Below, in pieces: positions 1 to 12,317 of a stretch of DNA of 64,000 bases. Made by a program: the position numbers and the translations under genes. This stretch comes from Eledone cirrhosa (taxonomy: Eukaryota). Numbering within the stretch: position 1 is the first letter of the stretch; each line of letters starts with the position of its first letter. Under the pieces are notes generated by a model that ran no database searches, was not told where the DNA came from, and saw nothing but the letters and a program-made list of their open reading frames with translations. Location of the stretch: positions 181,164,001 to 181,228,000 of the forward strand of contig OZ024743.1 in NCBI GenBank assembly GCA_964016885.1. The letters are read 5' to 3'.

Positions 1-182
1 TGCCCAGCTGTAGTTGGCACTATCAACGCACGACTGGGTTTCCTCCACCCACTCTCCCTCTTTCTTCTACTGGCAGGTTCAGCTACCCCTTCCCTCCACA
101 AATTGCCATGATAGAATTATGTGTCTCAACAACAAACTTTTGACCAATCCTTGAGACAATCACTTTTACCATATATGGAATT

Positions 183-278
183 ACCCCCTGAGAAGCTCGG
201 CTATTCATATACCAGGATAAAAATGTTCATTTAGTCCAGAATTAGCCGTCGAAACGGCTTGAGCTCAGCCGTCGGGGT
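183..278 (+). ncRNA. Type I hammerhead ribozyme-like motif (degenerate core), Penelope-like element end
   Basis: Stem I ACCCC(183-187)/GGGGT(274-278); core CTGAGAAG, one base short of CUGANGA; stem II CGGCTATTC/GAATTAGCCG; GAAA 251-254; stem III ACGGCT/AGCCGT; GUC site 271-273; followed by (TA)n. Confidence 0.6.
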
Positions 279-288
279 CCTACTCGTT

Positions 289-290
<2 letters not shown>

Positions 291-331
<41 letters not shown>
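291..331. repeat. (TA)n microsatellite; further (TA)n at 1090-1260 and 1413-1512
   Basis: Direct reading. Confidence 0.95.
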
Positions 332-336
<5 letters not shown>

Positions 337-1088
337 CAAGGTCTACCAAATAGATAAAAAGTTTTAAAATAAATTTTAAAAAATTCGCAGTACTTACTAT
401 ATGTGCATTTACCGCGGTTTCATGCTCCAGAATAAACGCAAAATCCAAGCGGATTTCCATTGAGAAGGGACCAATCTTCAGAAGGCTCTTCTCCCTCGGA
501 GAATATAAAATTCCCGAGTTCAAATCACAAATTGACGCCATACAAAACCATTTAAATGAGAGCGAATGATGAAAGAAATAATTCTGTCTGGTGCCGTGTG
601 CAAAGACAAAAGGCAGGGTAGACAGGTCAATGTCCTGCCACTAGAAATAGCAGCAGTCCAAACGGCCAAAATTGTATCTCTACCTTAGGGGGAGATCAAT
701 AATAATAAAGTATGAATTCCTACGTGTAAAAAATACATATAGGGAAACAAGTATTATCCAACTGTATGTCAATGTGGTTCTATGGCGGGTTAATAAATTA
801 ACAAGCCAGAACATATAAAATCCAGGTCTAGTAAAAATAGAAAAAAGTTTTAAAATAAATTTTAAAAAATTCGCAGTTATTACTATATGTGCCTTTATCG
901 CGGTTTCATGCTCCAGAATAAACGGAAAATCCAAGCGGATTTTAATTGAGAAGGGAGCAATCTTCAGAAGGCTCTTCTCCCTCGGAGAATATAAAAATCA
1001 CAAACTGACGCCATACAAAACCATTCCGAAATGAGAGCGAATGATGAAAGAAATAATTCTGTCTGGTACCGTGTGCAAAGACAAAAGG

Positions 1089-1090
<2 letters not shown>
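330..1090. repeat. Pair of ~280-bp imperfect direct repeats (about 330-615 and 813-1089) bounded by (TA)n; unclassified
   Basis: Both copies run TAAAATC.AGGTCTA...AAATTCGCAG...GTGCAAAGACAAAAGGC. Confidence 0.85.
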
Positions 1091-1142
<52 letters not shown>

Positions 1143-1211
1143 GTAATAAACAACATATATATATTTATAGATATATATATATTTATATTTATGTAATAAA
1201 CAACATACATA

Positions 1212-1262
<51 letters not shown>

Positions 1263-1409
1263 GATATATTAACAAATGGAAACTATATTTATAAAACCAT
1301 ATTTATTTCATTATACATAATTCATTTTTACTCCAATAATTTATTGAGTACTTTATATCAGTTATAAAAATATTTGCTTGTTGTATCCCAACAATTTAAA
1401 TAGAACTTC

Positions 1410-1481
<72 letters not shown>

Positions 1482-1541
1482 TGTAATAAACAACATATAT
1501 ATATATATATATGGTTATGTAATAAACAACATAAGACAATT

Positions 1542-1616
1542 ATTCCATTTACCAAAGGTTTCACGAAGACAGACGAGCTCGACACAGACGTCTGAAATCG
1601 CTCATCAGAATGAAAT
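1542..1616 (-). ncRNA. Type I hammerhead ribozyme (mirror copy in left arm of palindrome)
   Basis: Reverse complement of 1638-1712. Confidence 0.78.
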
Positions 1617-1637
1617 TTTATTTTAAAACCAAATAAA

Positions 1638-1712
1638 ATTTCATTCTGATGAGCGATTTCAGACGTCTGTGTCGAGCTCGTCTGTCTTCGTGAAACCTTT
1701 GGTAAATGGAAT
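1638..1712 (+). ncRNA. Type I hammerhead ribozyme
   Basis: Stem I ATTTCATT/AATGGAAT; CTGATGA 1646-1652; stem II GCGA..CAGACG/CGTCTG..TCGT; GAAA 1692-1695; stem III ACC-TTT-GGT; GUA cleavage after 1704. Confidence 0.8.
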
Positions 1713-1834
1713 AATTGTCTTATGTTGTTTATTACATAACTAAATAGCTCTGTAGCCTACATAGAGCACTCTCCTTTCCTTTACCTTTCCTACGGAAACA
1801 CTTAATATATATATATATATATGTATATATATAA

Positions 1835-1910
1835 GCTGCTGCTTCTGCTGCTACTACTACTATCACTACTACTACCACTACTATTACCACTACTACTACT
1901 ACTACTACTA

Positions 1911-1949
<39 letters not shown>
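1835..1949. repeat. (CTG)/(CTA)n trinucleotide microsatellite
   Basis: Direct reading. Confidence 0.95.
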
Positions 1950-1950
<1 letters not shown>

Positions 1951-2186
1951 ACTTTTCCTTTTTATTTGGTTTCCAATCGAATCACTTTCTTTTATCAGGC
2001 CCTGTGTGGAGAGCAAAACCTCTCCACTGTCTCTCTTTCTCATTAAAACAATACTCCTGATGAAGTCGTAGGGACGCCGTAGTGTAATACGGCGCTTCTT
2101 GGGAATTTTTGTTTATTAATCATGGAGACCTCTCTCCGGGTCTCAAGAGAATGAGAGAGAGGAAGTCAGAAAAATATAGAGGAAGG

Positions 2187-2325
2187 ATCAACCCCAGTAT
2201 TAGACTGGTACTTTTTTATCGACCTTGAAAGTATGAAAGACTAAGTTGACTTGGCCAGTATTTGAACTGAAAGAACAGGGAACCGGAATGAATACCAAAA
2301 AGCATTCTGTCTGATGTTGTAACGT
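2187..2325 (-). mobile_element. Degenerate copy of ATT-tailed tRNA-type SINE
   Basis: CTGGTACTTT..TATCGACC..ATGAAAG..AAGTTGAC..ATTTGAACT matches the copies at 6134-6525 and 63522-63650. Confidence 0.7.
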
Positions 2326-2394
2326 ATGTCCTTCAAATGTTCAGCAAAACAGTCCGTCAAACGGCGTCCTGTTTATCCGATGTATAAGGACCCG

Positions 2395-2425
<31 letters not shown>

Positions 2426-2433
2426 ACACACAT

Positions 2434-2513
<80 letters not shown>
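2395..2513. repeat. Compound (CA)n(TA)n(GA)n microsatellite
   Basis: Direct reading. Confidence 0.95.
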
Positions 2514-2514
<1 letters not shown>

Positions 2515-2831
2515 AGAGATGGGGTTGAAAGACAGAGTTTGCGGTGCTAAGACAGGAGCGACCAGAAATCAGAGGAGTGGTCTATGCACGGGAAGGAACT
2601 GAGTGGTTATAGAGGAAGGTAAAGATATCAAAGTTAAAGTAAACTAACAGCTGGCCAAGTTAATTAGCAAACATTAATGGTGAGTTGTATTGAAATTGTC
2701 TTATTGCTTAAAAACTGAATTAATCCATAACAATTAACAAATCACTTCAATGAAATCAAATTTAATTGGCAAACATTAAATTTGACGCTATTGTGTTTTG
2801 ATTAGCGTCACTTCTTATTAAGAAATATATA

Positions 2832-2889
2832 TGTGTGTGGGGTGCGGGTGTGTGTTTGTGTGTGTGTTTGTGTGTGTGTGTGTGCGTGT

Positions 2890-2927
<38 letters not shown>

Positions 2928-2932
2928 GTGTA

Positions 2933-3027
<95 letters not shown>
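2832..3027. repeat. (TG)n microsatellite
   Basis: Direct reading. Confidence 0.95.
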
Positions 3028-3028
<1 letters not shown>

Positions 3029-3049
3029 AGCGAGAAACTCCGATATCTG

Positions 3050-5245
3050 AAGAGCGTGGCAGAAATGAAAATGATTAATATATAATTCAGCCGAAGCCCA
3101 TCATCAATCTATAAAGATATGAGTGGCAAATCAATACATATCAATGAGGCTCCGCCACAGAAACATAAAGATTCCTTCTGGAGAAAAATATAGGGTAATG
3201 AAAAGAAGTTTAACCGTGGGGTAATCTGATTGAAAGAGATCCGAATACATACAGCATCAGTGATGCTATCTTTGAGAATGTGATAGGAAAACCTCAAGAT
3301 AAGAAAGCACCAGGAAGAGACTTGATTGTCAGTTACTGGTAAAAAAAAAAACCCTGACTTTCTGATGGATGTATCTTAACTTCTACCAGCAAGGTGGCAA
3401 GGCAGATACACATATACCAAGCTGCTTGATATTAACAGAAACAAGACTAGTCCCCCAAAACAAGGAAACCCACTTAGCAAAAAAAAAATCTACTGACCTT
3501 ATTGCATGCCAGAACCTAATGTATAAAATGAATATTAATAATAATATCGTCAGAAAAGAGGAAGCAGTTGAGAAGAAAGGAGTTTGAGAGTGTTTTGAGC
3601 AACTCCAAATTGAGGAACCCGCTAGAGGTGCGGTAACATAGGAGGACCTTGGTTACAATAAAACTGGATTACAGGATGCCTTCTATTCAAGTTCTCACTC
3701 TTGGATGACAGAAGCCCTCCGACAGAAGTCCCAGACACCGTTATCAAAACCATAGAGAACTTATCTTGAAGTTAAATACAGAGAAGTAGGACTATATTGT
3801 CACTGATATAAAATATCGCCGAGGTACATTTGAAGGAGTCAGTCTCTTTGTGATGCTATTTATACTATCAATAAACCTATTGACCTTTATGCTGAGGAAA
3901 TATAAAGGGTACACAACTGGTTCACAAGAAGCCAGAAACACAAATTTAAAACAAAGCTTCCTTGTGGACGATCTGAATATGCTAAGAATATAAATGGTAT
4001 GAGAAAAAATTTGACCTGGTCCCAAAGTTCTTGGAATATATACGAATGGAGTTTGTGCGGGATAAATGTTCCTATATGATTGTAAAGAGAAAAAAAACTA
4101 CAAGCCAATCTAGCAATATTTCTATCAATGACCTGACTGTTGCACCAGCATCTGACGAGGACTGCAACAGATACTTAAGGGTAGATTAAAATAAATCCTA
4201 TGGTGGAATTTGTAACAACAAACGAGTAACCAGAGAATTTAACACCCACATTAGAAAAATAAGGTCTTCAAAACTCTCTGCGTACAATAATTCGGTGGCC
4301 GACGGGGTGTTTGCTGTATTTGTTCCGAATAGTTGGACTACTTACCTGGACGCTAGCTTAAATCCGAGCTATTGTTGTTAAGACCGGAAAGGTTTTAACA
4401 GGCACCGAAAGTTTCCGTATCAACAGTGACATTGACCACCTCTAGCTAAAACATAAAAAGAGAGACAGAGGCTTAATATTCCAAACAGCATTTCAGTGTC
4501 GCATCATATCCCTTCGATTTTTACGAACCACCAAGAGTAGAAGCTCACCCATAGAACAAGTCTGTCAAAATGCGGCAGATAACATCATGAGAGTTGGAAA
4601 GTTCTTTGAGAAATACTCCCTGCATGATAACCAAAATCTCACAGCCAGGGAAATTACACAGCACAGCAATACCGCAACGAATTCATGGATGGAAACCTGC
4701 ATGCTTATCAGCAACAAATGACGTATGGCTATGTTGAGAGAAAGTTTCAAAGTGAGAGTAATATAGATAAGCAAAGTAGTCTACATTGGACCAACGACCG
4801 TGTGGTGGGTGTCTTTCTGCTATCCAGGAACAAGTAATCGATACAAAATACCTGATTCACAAAAGAGATAGGGATGCAGGTCAAACACTTAGATGTCACA
4901 CAGTGACACACTCTGCGGAATAAACATCAAAGATGTCATCCACATCATAAGCAGCTGTCCAACGATATTTTCATGATACTACCTACCTATGAGGCAGGAT
5001 GTAGTGGCCAAAACACTATACAATGTAATTCGTAGAAACGATAGTCCTGAAGATAAAAAATGTAAAAGGTTACAATGATTTGGATGACATATATATATAT
5101 ACATAATAGGGAAGAGTACTGGTGGGATATTCCAGTCGGAACCCCAATAAAATGTAAATAACAGGCTGGACATAGTGATATGGGACAGAGAAATAAAGCA
5201 TGCGCACTAGTGGAAGTCAGTTGTCGCGCAGAATATAAAAATTAG
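3050..5245 (+). pseudogene. Old, heavily degenerate RLE-type (R4-like) non-LTR retrotransposon
   Basis: Broken frames retain DSFWRKI (~3170), LIACQNLMYK (RT, ~3500), FLVDDL (~3960), YYLPMRQDVVA (RHD motif, ~4990) and NRLDIVIWDRE..LVEVSC (PD-(D/E)xK, ~5160-5225). Confidence 0.7.
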
Positions 5246-5261
5246 GTGAACATTTATAAAA

Positions 5262-5368
5262 TAATTGTTTCTACTTTTGGCACAAGGCCAGCAATTACCC
5301 AGTGCATTACTGGTACTTTATTTTATCGACCCCGGAAGGATGAAAGGCAAAGTTAACCTCGGCGGAAC
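5262..5368 (-). mobile_element. ATT-tailed SINE, 3' half
   Basis: Reverse complement of CCGCCGAGGTTAACTTTGCCTTTCATCC...GGCCTTGTGCCAAAAGTAGAAACAATTATT. Confidence 0.8.
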
Positions 5369-5399
5369 ATTTATAAAATAATAAAACCTAAAGAACAAC

Positions 5400-5610
5400 A
5401 TTGAAACAACAAAAAGAAACAAATAAACAAAGAAAGGAAAAGAGAAAGAAAGAATAAAACTAACAAACAAACAAACAGAAAGAAAGAAAAAGACAGAAAG
5501 AAAGTAAAAGGAAAGAATGAAGGAAAGAAAAAAATGAAAAAATAAAGAAAGAAGGAGAGAAAGAAAGAAACAAACAAATAAACAAACATAAAAGGAAATA
5601 TAGAAAGGAA
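5400..5610. repeat. Degenerate (GAAA)/(AAAC)n low-complexity tract
   Basis: Direct reading. Confidence 0.85.
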
Positions 5611-5689
5611 TGGCGAGATTGATGGGAGATAACTGCTGTCATTTATTGATCAAATTAGAAAACATGTTGAAATATTCCAGTAAAATATA

Positions 5690-5800
5690 ATATTTTCTAC
5701 ATTAGACACAAGACCTGCAATTTGAAGAGGGGGGGGGGTCGATTAAATCAACCCCCAGTGCGTTACTGGTACTTTATTTTATCGACTCCATAAGGAGGAA
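5690..5800 (-). mobile_element. SINE 3' half, longer-tail variant of the same family
   Basis: CTGGTACTTTATTTTATCGAC core plus TTCTAC..GACACAAGACC tail. Confidence 0.7.
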
Positions 5801-6133
5801 GAGAAAATATTACTTTTTATTTTTTTGTTTTGCTTTGTTTTCTTGGTAATTACTTTCCTTTCACGGCGATGTATTTATTTTTGGTAATATTAGGACAACA
5901 TGGCACTCCACAACACTTTCCTTTCAGTTCTTTCAATCGTAGAAGTACCAAAGAAATATGTAATATTCACTGCCACAGATTTTGTTGGTGATTATCTACA
6001 TTTTGATGGAGTTTCTTTCTCAGCTTTGATGTTAGGTTTGAAGAAATCTCGCCGAAGTTAACTTTGCCTTTCACTTCTTCATCTGAAGTAATCTATTATC
6101 AACGAGGAAATGTTATCAAATTAGAAGATATTC

Positions 6134-6525
6134 AATAATAATTGTTTCTACTTTTGGCACTAGGCCAACAATTATCCCAGTACATTACTGGTGCTTTATT
6201 TTATCGACCCTGTAAGGATGAAAGGCAAAGTTAACTTCGGCGAGATTTGAACTCAGATCGTAAAGGGCCGTAGCTCTATGCTGCAAAACATGGCGTCCGA
6301 CCCTCTACGGATACTGCCAATCCGATATTCAATAATAATTGTTTTTACATTTGGCACAAGACCAGCAATTATCCCAGTGTATTACTGATGCTTTATTTTA
6401 TCGACCCCGTAAGGATGAAAAGCAAAGCTAACCACAGCGGAATCTGAACTCAGAATAAAAGGGCCGTAACTATATACCGCAAAGCATGTTGTCCGATGCT
6501 CTACCGATCACTGCCAATCCACCGC
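6134..6525 (-). mobile_element. Two head-to-tail full-length (~190 bp) ATT-tailed tRNA-type SINEs (about 6134-6323 and 6330-6525)
   Basis: On the minus strand: A-box-like TGGCAGT, B-box GAGTTCA(A/G)AT, shared body and AGAAACAATTATTATTG-type tail; on the plus strand both are preceded by GATATTCAATAATAATTG. Confidence 0.85.
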
Positions 6526-6529
6526 AATT

Positions 6530-7250
6530 CAGGTTTCAAAAGTTGCATGCCTGCAACAGTGCACCACCTCTTCGACAACGGCATGGATAAATCATCTATA
6601 CCAAATTGAGGGTAGCTAACGTGTTTTAATTTTTCGGCGATTTTATTTAAGAGTTTGTCATCATGTTTATGTGAAGCCTGGATTTTGAGTAAGTTGTACG
6701 GGGGAAACATAATCATTTGATATCAAGTTTCAGCTGACAGAAAAATGATGCTCTGAACATTCGCTATGGAATGAATACCTCAGAGCAAGGTAAAACACAT
6801 AGAATGCCCTGATCACGAGACTGCACACCTAGTATATCTCCAGTCATTTTAGCCCGCCTTGCCAGTCATTTTAGCCCGCCTTGCCCCCTCGTCCACCACG
6901 CCTCTCCATGTATATAATACAATCCAGAACAAATCAAGTTTCAAAATACTTATGATGGTCGGATTATCACGTGCATCCGCGAGAATAAAAATACACGAAT
7001 TCTGTAGTTTCCTTATTTGAAATGGTTAACGAGAGGTGTAATATAAGCGAGACTAGTTGAGAAATTGCGGCCTCCCATAAAACAGCGACCTCTGTTGTTG
7101 AAGCTCTTTTAAAAGTGATTTCGACATCTAAGTATTGCAGTCTTTCTTCATGATTGAAACTAAAAAAAAGTACTTTAGAATAGAATAGCAATAAAGGTGA
7201 CACTGGAAAAAAATCTTAACAAGTGTCGTATCAGAAATATCGTTATTAGA
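6530..7250 (-). pseudogene. Possible Penelope-like RT remnant
   Basis: FSFNHEERLQYLDVEITF resembles the FTxE..LPFLDV motif; LKHVSYPQFGID resembles the downstream GYP motif; very degenerate. Confidence 0.35.
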
Positions 7251-7330
7251 AAAAAGTATAACCCCTTTGCTTTTCTCTTTTATAGCTTTCATTATTCTTC
7301 ATAGTGAACTCTTTACATAGAGAAGAAAAG

Positions 7331-7790
7331 TAGTTTAGTGGTTAGGGTGTCGTTTGGCTCACGGTCTTAAAATCGTGAGTTCGATTCCAAGTGACACATT
7401 GTGTCCTTCAGCAAGATACTTTACTTCACGTAGTTCCACTTCACATAGCTAGCAAACATGAGTTGACCTGTATTTCAATAGGTCAGCTATGTCACACACG
7501 GTGTCACGTTGAATCATCCTGGGAACAACCTGAATGGTGCAAGTGCATGTGGAGTGCTCAGCCACTTACATGTTAATTTCATGAGTAGGCTGTTCTGTTG
7601 ATAAAATAACTGGAACACTCATAACTGAGTCTCCCTGAGAATCACATTAAGAGTACACATGTCGGTGAAATACTCAGCCACTTGAACTTTAATTTCATGA
7701 GCAGGCGATTCCATCGATAAAATAACTTGAACACACATTACTGAATTTCCCTGAGAATTATATTATGGGTACACGAGTCTGTGGAATATT
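7331..7790 (+). mobile_element. tRNA-headed CORE-like SINE with ~118-bp 3' segment tandemly duplicated (about 2.3 copies)
   Basis: TAGTTTAGTGGTTAG A-box, GAGTTCGATTCC B-box, GTGTCCTT..GCAAGATACTTTA core; CTCAGCCACTT..TTAATTTCATGAG..GATAAAATAACT repeated. Confidence 0.7.
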
Positions 7791-7900
7791 CCTCGTTGCC
7801 AGCAATGCAGTATCTTTCACCAATGAAAGAGGGTTTTTACTAAGTTTATTTTAAATGTTTATATCCAATGATAATTCTTGTGCATGACGACAACTCTACA

Positions 7901-8500
7901 TTGTTGTATGTTTGTATATATTCACTATATATGTTGTATGTTTGTATATATTCACTATATATGTTGTATGTTTGTATATATTCACTATATATGTTGTATG
8001 TTTGTATATATTCACTATATATGTTGTATGTTTGTATATATTCACTATATATGTTGTATGTTTGTATATATTCACTACATATGTTGTATGTTTGTATATA
8101 TTCACTATATATGTTGTATGTTTGTATATATTCACTATATATGTTGTATGTTTGTATATATTCACTATATATGTTGTATGTTTGTATATATTCACTACAT
8201 ATGTTGTATGTTTGTATATATTCACTATATATGTTGTATGTTTGTATATATTCACTATATATGTTGTATGTTTGTATATATTCACTACATATGTTGTATG
8301 TTTGTATATATTCACTACATATGTTGTATGTTTGTATATATTCACTATATATGTTGTATGTTTGTATATATTCACTATATATGTTGTATGTTTGTATATA
8401 TTCACTATATATGTTGTATGTTTGTATATATTCACTATATATGTTGTATGTTTGTATATATTCACTATATATGTTGTATGTTAGTATATATTCACTACAT
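7901..8500. repeat. Homogeneous 30-bp minisatellite (~20 copies, ATGTTGTATGTTTGTATATATTCACTA[T/C]AT)
   Basis: Sequence lines repeat with an exact 30-nt period. Confidence 0.97.
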
Positions 8501-10068
8501 ATGTATGTATACATTGTTGTATGCTTATATATATACACTCTCTCTATTTATATATGTATACATTGTTGTATGTTTGTATATATTCACTATATATGTAAGT
8601 ATAAATTGTTGTATGCTTATATATATACACTCTATATATATATGTATACATTGTTGTATGTTTGTATATATTCACTATATATGTATGTATACGGTGTTGT
8701 ATGCTTATATATATACACTCTATATACATATATGTATACATTGTTGTATGTTTGTATATATTCACTATATATGTATGTATACATTGTTGTATGCTTATAT
8801 ATATATGTACATATATACATATATGTATACACTGTTGTATGTTTATATATATTCACTATATATGTGTGTATACATCGTTGTATGCTTACATATATATATA
8901 CTATATATATGTATGTATACACTGTTGTATGTTTATAGGTATACACTATATATGTATGTATACATTGCTGTATGCTTACATATATACACTATATATATAT
9001 ATGTATACATTGTTGTATGTTTGTATATATATATATACTATATATATGTATGTATACACTGTTGTATGTTTATATACATTCACTATATATGAGTGTATAC
9101 ATTGTTGTATGCTTATATATATATAAACTATATATATGTATGTATATACTGTTGTATGTTTATCTATATACACAATATATGTATGTATACATTGTTGTAT
9201 GTATGTATACATTGTTGTATGTTTGTATATATATACACTATATATATATATATGTATACGCTGTTGTTTATATATATTCACTATATATGTGTATATATAC
9301 GCTGTTGTATGTTTATATATATATACACTATATATGTATACATTGTTGTATGTTTGTATATATATACTATATATGTATGTATACACTGTTGTATGTTTAT
9401 ATATATACACTATATATGTATACATTGTTGTATGTTTGTATATATATACTATATATGTATGTATACACTGTTGTATGTTTATATATATTCACTATATATG
9501 TATGTATACGTTGTTCTATGATTATATATATATACACTATATATGTATATGTATACATTGTTGTATATTTGTATATATATATACTATATATGTATGCATA
9601 CACTGTTGTATCTTTATATATATTTACTATATATGTATGTATACATTGTTGCATGTTTGTATATATATACACTATATATATATATATATATATATATGTA
9701 TACATTGTTGTATGTTTGTATATATACTATATATGTATGTATACACTGTTGTATGTTTATATATATTCACTATATATATGTATACGTTGTTCTATGTTTA
9801 TATATATACACTATATATGTATATGTATACACTGTTGTATGTTTGTATATATATATATACTATATATATATGTATACACTATTGTATGTTTATACATATT
9901 TACTATATATGTATATATACGCTGTTGTTGTTTATATATATATACACTATATATGTATATGTAGACATTGTTGTATGTTTGTATATATATATATACACGA
10001 TATATGTATGTATACACTGTTGGATGTTTATATATATCCACTATATATGTATGTATACATTGTTGTAT

Positions 10069-10130
<62 letters not shown>

Positions 10131-10180
10131 GATATATGTATCTATACACTGTTGTATGTTTTTATATATATACATATATA
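8501..10180. repeat. Degenerate ~40-45-bp minisatellite related to the 30-mer, with variable TA tracts
   Basis: Recurring GTATACA(T/C)TGTTGTATG(T/C)TT..ACTATATATG. Confidence 0.9.
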
Positions 10181-10358
<178 letters not shown>

Positions 10359-10360
<2 letters not shown>

Positions 10361-10560
10361 AAGGCACGTGGCTGAGTGGTTAGAGAATTGGATTCGCAAC
10401 CGTGTGAGTTCGATTCATGGACTGGGTGATGCGTTATGTCTTTGAGCAAGACACTTTATTTCACATTGCTTCTTCTACCTTGAGTTGCGACCGATAGATA
10501 GTATTAGCAACTGGAAAGACCAACGGAAACATTGTTTCCGCGGTCTGATTTGACGAAAGG
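10359..10560 (+). mobile_element. tRNA-headed CORE-like SINE
   Basis: GAAGGCACGTGGCTGAGTGGTTAGAG A-box, GAGTTCGATTC B-box, TTGAGCAAGACACTTTATTTCAC core. Confidence 0.75.
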
Positions 10561-10707
10561 CGATCGACTGTATATATATATATGTATGTATACGGTGTTA
10601 TGTGTTTATACATATATATACACTCTAATACTCTCTGTATTTCTTGTTTTGTTGTTGCTCTTCTTCTTCTATGCTTCTTCCCCTTATTCATAAGAGGGTT
10701 GTGGGGG

Positions 10708-11283
10708 CAGGGTTAGATTTAAACATTGGGAGGTCCGAGGCACTTCAAGTTTGAGGCCTCCCCCCCCCCCCTCTCATACATAAAAAAAAAAGAATATACA
10801 ACAAATCTCCCAACTTTACATATCAAAGTTAGCTTGGCACAAGTAATTGGTAGTGAAAAGTTATACATACAGGTATTAAATTAAAAAATTCTAACCATCC
10901 TAAAACTGAAAAAACCAGCTGATGACACAAATAAATTGCTACGGCCGTCGCTGGTGGATCTTCCACTGTGGCGGGGGGGGGGGGGTACAATGTCCCTTTG
11001 TGTCCCTTTGCTCACAGTTATGCAGGTTTAGCTGGCCTCCACCAAGGTATATCTCATTGTAGGTGTCTTGGGTAGTTTAATGATAGGGACCCCAGTCCCT
11101 ATCATCTCATTTCTACAGCTGAGTAAACTGGAACAACGTGAAATAAAGTGTCTTGCTCAAGGAAACAACACATCACCCGGTCTGAGAATTGAACTCACAG
11201 CCTTTCGATTGTAAGCCCAATGCTCTAACCACTAAGCCAAGCGCCTTCACAATGTCCCTTTGTCTTACATTAAATCCGGCCTT
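10708..11283. mobile_element. Possible non-autonomous DNA transposon (hAT-like TIRs) carrying a nested SINE
   Basis: CAGGGTTAGATTTAA ... TTAAATCCGGCCTTA imperfect terminal inverted repeat; no clear TSD. Confidence 0.35.
11002..11249 (-). mobile_element. tRNA-headed CORE-like SINE with 14-bp target-site duplication
   Basis: Minus strand GAAGGCGCTTGGCTTAGTGGTTAGAG..GAGTTCAATTC..TTGAGCAAGACACTTTATTTCAC; CAATGTCCCTTTGT at 10988 and 11250. Confidence 0.8.
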
Positions 11284-11547
11284 ATGGGAGTAGGAGTAGA
11301 GTCCTCAAACACTCCCTGCAATGGGTGCAGCCAGAAGCAGCCAACTCCAACTGATTCACCTGGATCTCCATTGTTGATGTTAAAAAGTTTGTTTTGTTCC
11401 TAAACTATTTACTGCATTTCTATAGTTTCTGTTACAACTCCTTTTATTTAACCTGCGTCATATAACATTGTTATATTTGATGTGTTTATGTTTGCATGTC
11501 CTAATCGAATATCTTTAAGAACTCTCCATATGTACAGGCAAGAGTAC

Positions 11548-11601
<54 letters not shown>

Positions 11602-11610
11602 ATGTTACGT

Positions 11611-11675
<65 letters not shown>

Positions 11676-11684
11676 ATGTTACGT

Positions 11685-11749
<65 letters not shown>

Positions 11750-11754
11750 TACGT

Positions 11755-11817
<63 letters not shown>

Positions 11818-11852
11818 ATGTTACGTTGCATATATATATATATATATATATA
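11548..11852. repeat. Higher-order repeat: 4 x [(TA)n(TG)n-TGTTACGTTGCA]
   Basis: GTTACGTTGCA at about 11604, 11678, 11748 and 11820. Confidence 0.92.
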
Positions 11853-11917
11853 CGTATTTTGTATATGTATATATATACATATATATATACATAAACATAC
11901 ATATTCATATATATATA

Positions 11918-11978
<61 letters not shown>

Positions 11979-12222
11979 TTTATCTCTCTCTCACTCGCTC
12001 GCTCTCTCTCTCTCTATATATATTTTCCTCCCTTTTTAATGTCTTTCCACGACTCCCCCTCACACCCTCGGAACTCTTTTCCTTCCCACTTTTCCCCTGA
12101 TGAAGGGCTTATGCCCGAACCGTCGTCCTCCCCGCCCCCTCCCCCACTCTCAAGTGTGAACCTAATACCACACTGTTCGTACTGCACTCTTTGTTATTGT
12201 TTTTGTTTTTTTTTGTTTTTTT

Positions 12223-12317
<95 letters not shown>

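Larger units (their letters stand above)
1514..1740. repeat. Perfect inverted repeat, 110-bp arms (1514-1623 / 1631-1740), 7-nt spacer; probably Penelope-like inverted pLTR
   Basis: Arms are exact reverse complements by eye; each arm carries a hammerhead. Confidence 0.9.

Noticed and set aside
440-490. Minus-strand CTGAAGA...GAAATCC-GCTT-GGATT hammerhead-like string
   Set aside because: No stem I partner, and the second copy lacks GAAA.
7331-7392. tRNA genes suggested by A/B boxes (also 10361, 11190-11249)
   Set aside because: No complete cloverleaf; they continue into SINE body sequence.
7901-8500. CRISPR-like 30-bp periodicity
   Set aside because: Contiguous tandem units with no unique spacers, no cas genes, eukaryotic context.
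12092-12130. CTGATGAAGGGCTTATGCCCGAAC hammerhead-like motif; also CTGATGAAG plus hairpin at 2057-2100
   Set aside because: GAAA mutated or absent and no stem I/III; at most decayed PLE remnants.
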